Positions 60,808 to 64,000 of a stretch of 64,000 nucleotides of DNA are shown here, piece after piece. The position numbers and the translations under genes are program-made. The first letter of the stretch is position 1, and each line of letters starts with the position of its first letter. The stretch comes from Macrostomum hystrix (taxonomy: Eukaryota; Animalia; Platyhelminthes), in NCBI GenBank assembly GCA_950097015.1, contig CATNEN010000001.1, forward strand, positions 9,920,001-9,984,000, written 5' to 3'. The notes beneath the pieces were generated by a model. The model was not told where the DNA came from. It ran no database searches and saw only the letters and a list, made by a program, of their open reading frames with translations.

Positions 60808-61139
60808 GATTGCGTGGCTACTACACCAGACAAACTTGCAAATTACTCTACTATTAGTAGCAGATAATATTGTTAACATATAGTTAAATAGTGTGTATTT
60901 TACTACCTGGCACTGCAAGACTTGCTATTTAAAATAATACTAGCTAACGAGGTATTTGCTTTGGATAACTAACTATTAATAATTATCGATATAAATTCAA
61001 ACCTTCTCGATTGGTTGATCGATTGAATTTTTGTTATGCAAGTTATCTATCCAAGCAAACATCTCACTAGCTATTTCTATTTCTCTTTGAGAACTGTGAA
61101 TTTCTCTTTTCAGCATCTTAGCAGCTCATGGCCTTCGTG

Positions 61140-61407
61140 TTACAGCAAAGCGCAGCCAGGACTTTTTGAATCCTGCAGCACGTTAGGCGACTCGCCATTC
61201 AGCGCTCGCTTCACCTCCTCAACCACCTGGCCCTCGTCCGGGAAGCCGTGCAGCTTCAGCTTGGAGAAGATCAGCTGATTGTTGATCGTCACCTCGAAGC
61301 AGCCGCGCCGGCCGTCCCTGCCGGTAACCTGAACCTCGCTGGGGCACGCGCTGAGAATGGCTCTGCGCAGGTGCTCGTAGCGGGGTTCGTAGCCTCATCC
61401 GCTGCCA
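61140..61407 (-). CDS. MIEN1: Last coding exon of an Rdx-family selenoprotein (SelW2/MIEN1-like); UGA-Sec at 61397-61395; first exon not found in window
   Basis: After acceptor CTCACAG| the frame reads xGSG-U-GYEPRYEHLRRAILSACPSEVQVTGRDGRRGCFEVTINNQLIFSKLKLHGFPDEGQVVEEVKRALNGESPNVLQDSKSPGCALL*. It has Rdx motifs G.FEV.IN.QL.FSKL...GFP and a terminal CAAX as in MIEN1. Confidence 0.88.
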
Positions 61408-62981
61408 CTGTGAGTTTTGTGTTGTTTGGACAAGGGTTAAGAGTTAATTCATGTACAGTGAAAGCGTTAATTTTTAACTCAACTGATGTTGGCACCCATT
61501 GTCTCGCTCAAGGATATAAATTGCATTATTTCGGTTAAGACTCGAACTTCCGACCTCTGATTCAGAAGTCTATAGCTCTAACCATCAAACAAGCTCATTT
61601 TTAATTTTAAAAATAAGCCCATCTCTATTATTAATAGCAACTAACTACAAGTTTCAAATCGAAAATAAAACTAATAAACATATTGTGTACTAGGTGCTTA
61701 CAAATACTGTCATAATGTTGTCATACATGTTTAATAAGTTCTTAGCTAGGGCATACTTACAATTTTGACAGGTCTCTAACAACTATATTTTTTAACTTCT
61801 TAACTCAACTTCTAAAATTTTTTATATATATGCGAGTTGTGTTATGACTGATTGTCATGAGCGAATAACTTTAAATTGCCAACAGATAATGACACTATGG
61901 ATAATAACTCAAGCCTTGAAAGCATGCTTCTAACAGTAGAAAGACAATGGGGGCATTTCAAATACCCGCTGCCTATTTCACAATACCGAACCAAACCAAA
62001 TGACCCATTTTTCGTGAAAATCCATCATCTGAATCAAATTTTTCTGCCCTATACGATGAACTAACTTTCAAAGTCGTCCGACGGCAGCATCGTTGTGATA
62101 TTCAGCAATTCTTGTCGGAGACCCTGGTGACAAGGACAACTAACATTGCTCAACATAAAACTATTTGGTGAATCCATATTGGTTAAAAATGAAAAAAGAA
62201 ACATTTTAATCAATCCAAAATAGTCAACAATGACAGCCGACATTACTACATGATAATGTAGTGACATTTCTGAGCAAAAATTGCTACTTTAAATTAGTTT
62301 TTTATGCCACCAGACACCCTGACAAGAATCATTGAATATCTCAATGATGCCAATGTTTTGTAATTCTGGAAGTTGTTTCACCGGATAGAGCAGAAAATTT
62401 TAGCCAGTGTTCTGGATTTTCATGACATTTTTTTGAATATTTTGTGAGATACAGAAAAAAATTGTGGGTATCTGAAATGCCCCGTGGTAATTTAAATGCT
62501 AAAGGGTGGGATGAGAGTTGAAAATCCATTATAGAATGATAGAAAAGCAAATGAAAGGGAAAACAAATATTCACAATATTATTTCTTTGTTTATATGAAT
62601 GTGCTAATTGCATTAATCCATAATAAATTGCATTATTTTTTAATTGCTGGATGTGGTACAAGTTTATGAAAATGGAATGCTACTTTAAAGTTTAAAACCC
62701 AATTTCTGGTATGACTTTGCAGTGAAAACCCTGCTATATACACTCATTGATACCCATTCTAAAGGAGATTCATAGATGTATGAGCCTGAGCACCATATCT
62801 ATAATCTATAACTATCTATAACTATAAGCACCATATCTAACCTAGTCACTTGTCAACTGATGTTTTGTCAAATGGTTGATGAAGTGACAAGAATTAAGAG
62901 TGCCCTAAATAGTAGTTGACAAATTGACCAGATTTGCTGAGGCTAGAAATCTGTGGTTGACAAAGTGACCTAGCTTTCTTG

Positions 62982-63341
62982 GGGTGCATTTAAACAGCTT
63001 AGAATGATTTAAACTGGATTAAAACTGCATTATATCAATTATTTTTTTGATTAAATTTGGTAAAACATTTTATTTCAGGAGACATTCACAACTTTTCCTA
63101 AGTGTATTCATTCTTACAATACAACTAACTGCTCTAAAATATAAAAAACATGCTTGGACTAACAATGATCCGAAAATATTAACCAAAGGCATTACAAGAT
63201 GCTTAAACTGCAATTGACTAAAGCACACCAAATTTATCATCAAATTTCCATAAATTTACTTTGTTTTACTGATGTAGTTAAAATGTTGTTCTAAGCCAGT
63301 TTAAATAGATTTAAGCCATTCTAAGCTGCTTGAATGCACCC
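62982..63341. mobile_element. MITE-like element with ~30-bp imperfect terminal inverted repeats
   Basis: GGGTGCATTTAAACAGCTTAGAATG ... CATTCTAAGCTGCTTGAATGCACCC; flanks TTG / TTA (possible decayed TTA duplication, PIF/Harbinger-like). Confidence 0.65.
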
Positions 63342-64000
63342 TTAGCTGTTTTGTAAACTTGTTTTCAACTAGCTGTAGAATATAATATGCAAAGTGCAAT
63401 ATGCAACATAACTATGAATATGAACATTAAATCCACTTGGTTTACTACATACACTGCTACTTTAGTCCCCCACCAGTCATTGGATCCATGCCATCATCCA
63501 CCTTTTCTCTCAACATGAAATGCAAAGTAAAGAGCTGATTGACTATACATGTAACTACGTGTTAGTATATGACTACATATATAATAATTGTACATGTTAC
63601 ATGTACACCCGCCCAATAATGGCCAACATAATTGCTACCTGATGTGCATGAGTTTACATGGCTATACTAAACGGGGCAAACCTTGCTAATTGGTTCATTG
63701 GTCCTCTGCTAAAGGGGGCTAACCTTGCTAAAGGGAGCATAGTTTCTCTGCTAATGAGAGGCATTGTTCTTTGCTAAAGTAGTTCTCTACTATAGAGGGC
63801 ACAACAAGACTTTCCAGAAAAAATCACCAATGTTGTTGATTACATGCTTGCTGAACAAGGCATCAGCAAATAGCAGCCATCCTTTATTGAACATATTCAG
63901 GCCATGGAATATGTTTGGGGATAAATGTAGTAAATAATAAACTCAAATATATAGTATATATGTAACTTTTTTATGCCTATACCTTTTGGCTCTTAACTAG

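Noticed and set aside
61040-61132. Alternative SECIS just after the selenoprotein stop (AUGAG...AAAA...UGAG)
   Set aside because: Helix II pairing is poor and the region is AT-rich; the 60691-60807 candidate pairs much better. Not formally excluded.
61411-64000. First coding exon of the selenoprotein
   Set aside because: I found no convincing ...Y-C|GT exon; it probably lies beyond the window.

Overview
Eukaryotic (metazoan) genomic DNA, not prokaryotic. GC-rich exons with poly-Q runs, short AT-rich introns and many locus-private minisatellites suggest an invertebrate. A free-living flatworm such as Macrostomum is my guess, not something I can prove. 1-9.6 kb is a transposon nest: a Ty3/Gypsy 3' end with an extra downstream ORF, cut by the 3' LTR of a second Gypsy element whose RT-RNaseH-integrase block is inverted, then a decayed RTE-type LINE inserted in a tRNA-derived SINE. 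I reconstructed these host genes by hand from splice sites: CCDC177 (+), NEK2-like kinase (+), HEI10/CCNB1IP1-like RING protein (-), two tandem class A GPCR paralogues (-), an unknown low-complexity protein (+), a divergent Ser/Thr kinase (-), a small 4-TM protein (-) and FANK1 (+). Highlights: (1) an exon absent from the ORF track encoding a SelW2/MIEN1 (Rdx) selenoprotein, with in-frame UGA, a CAAX end, a possibly non-canonical CxxxU motif and an atypical branched SECIS candidate in its 3' UTR. (2) A GPCR intron whose last 1.35 kb is about 70 tandem copies of a branchpoint/3'-splice-site unit, about a dozen reading AG|GT like recursive-splicing sites; the neighbouring paralogue lacks this intron. 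All family assignments are by eye and no searches were run.
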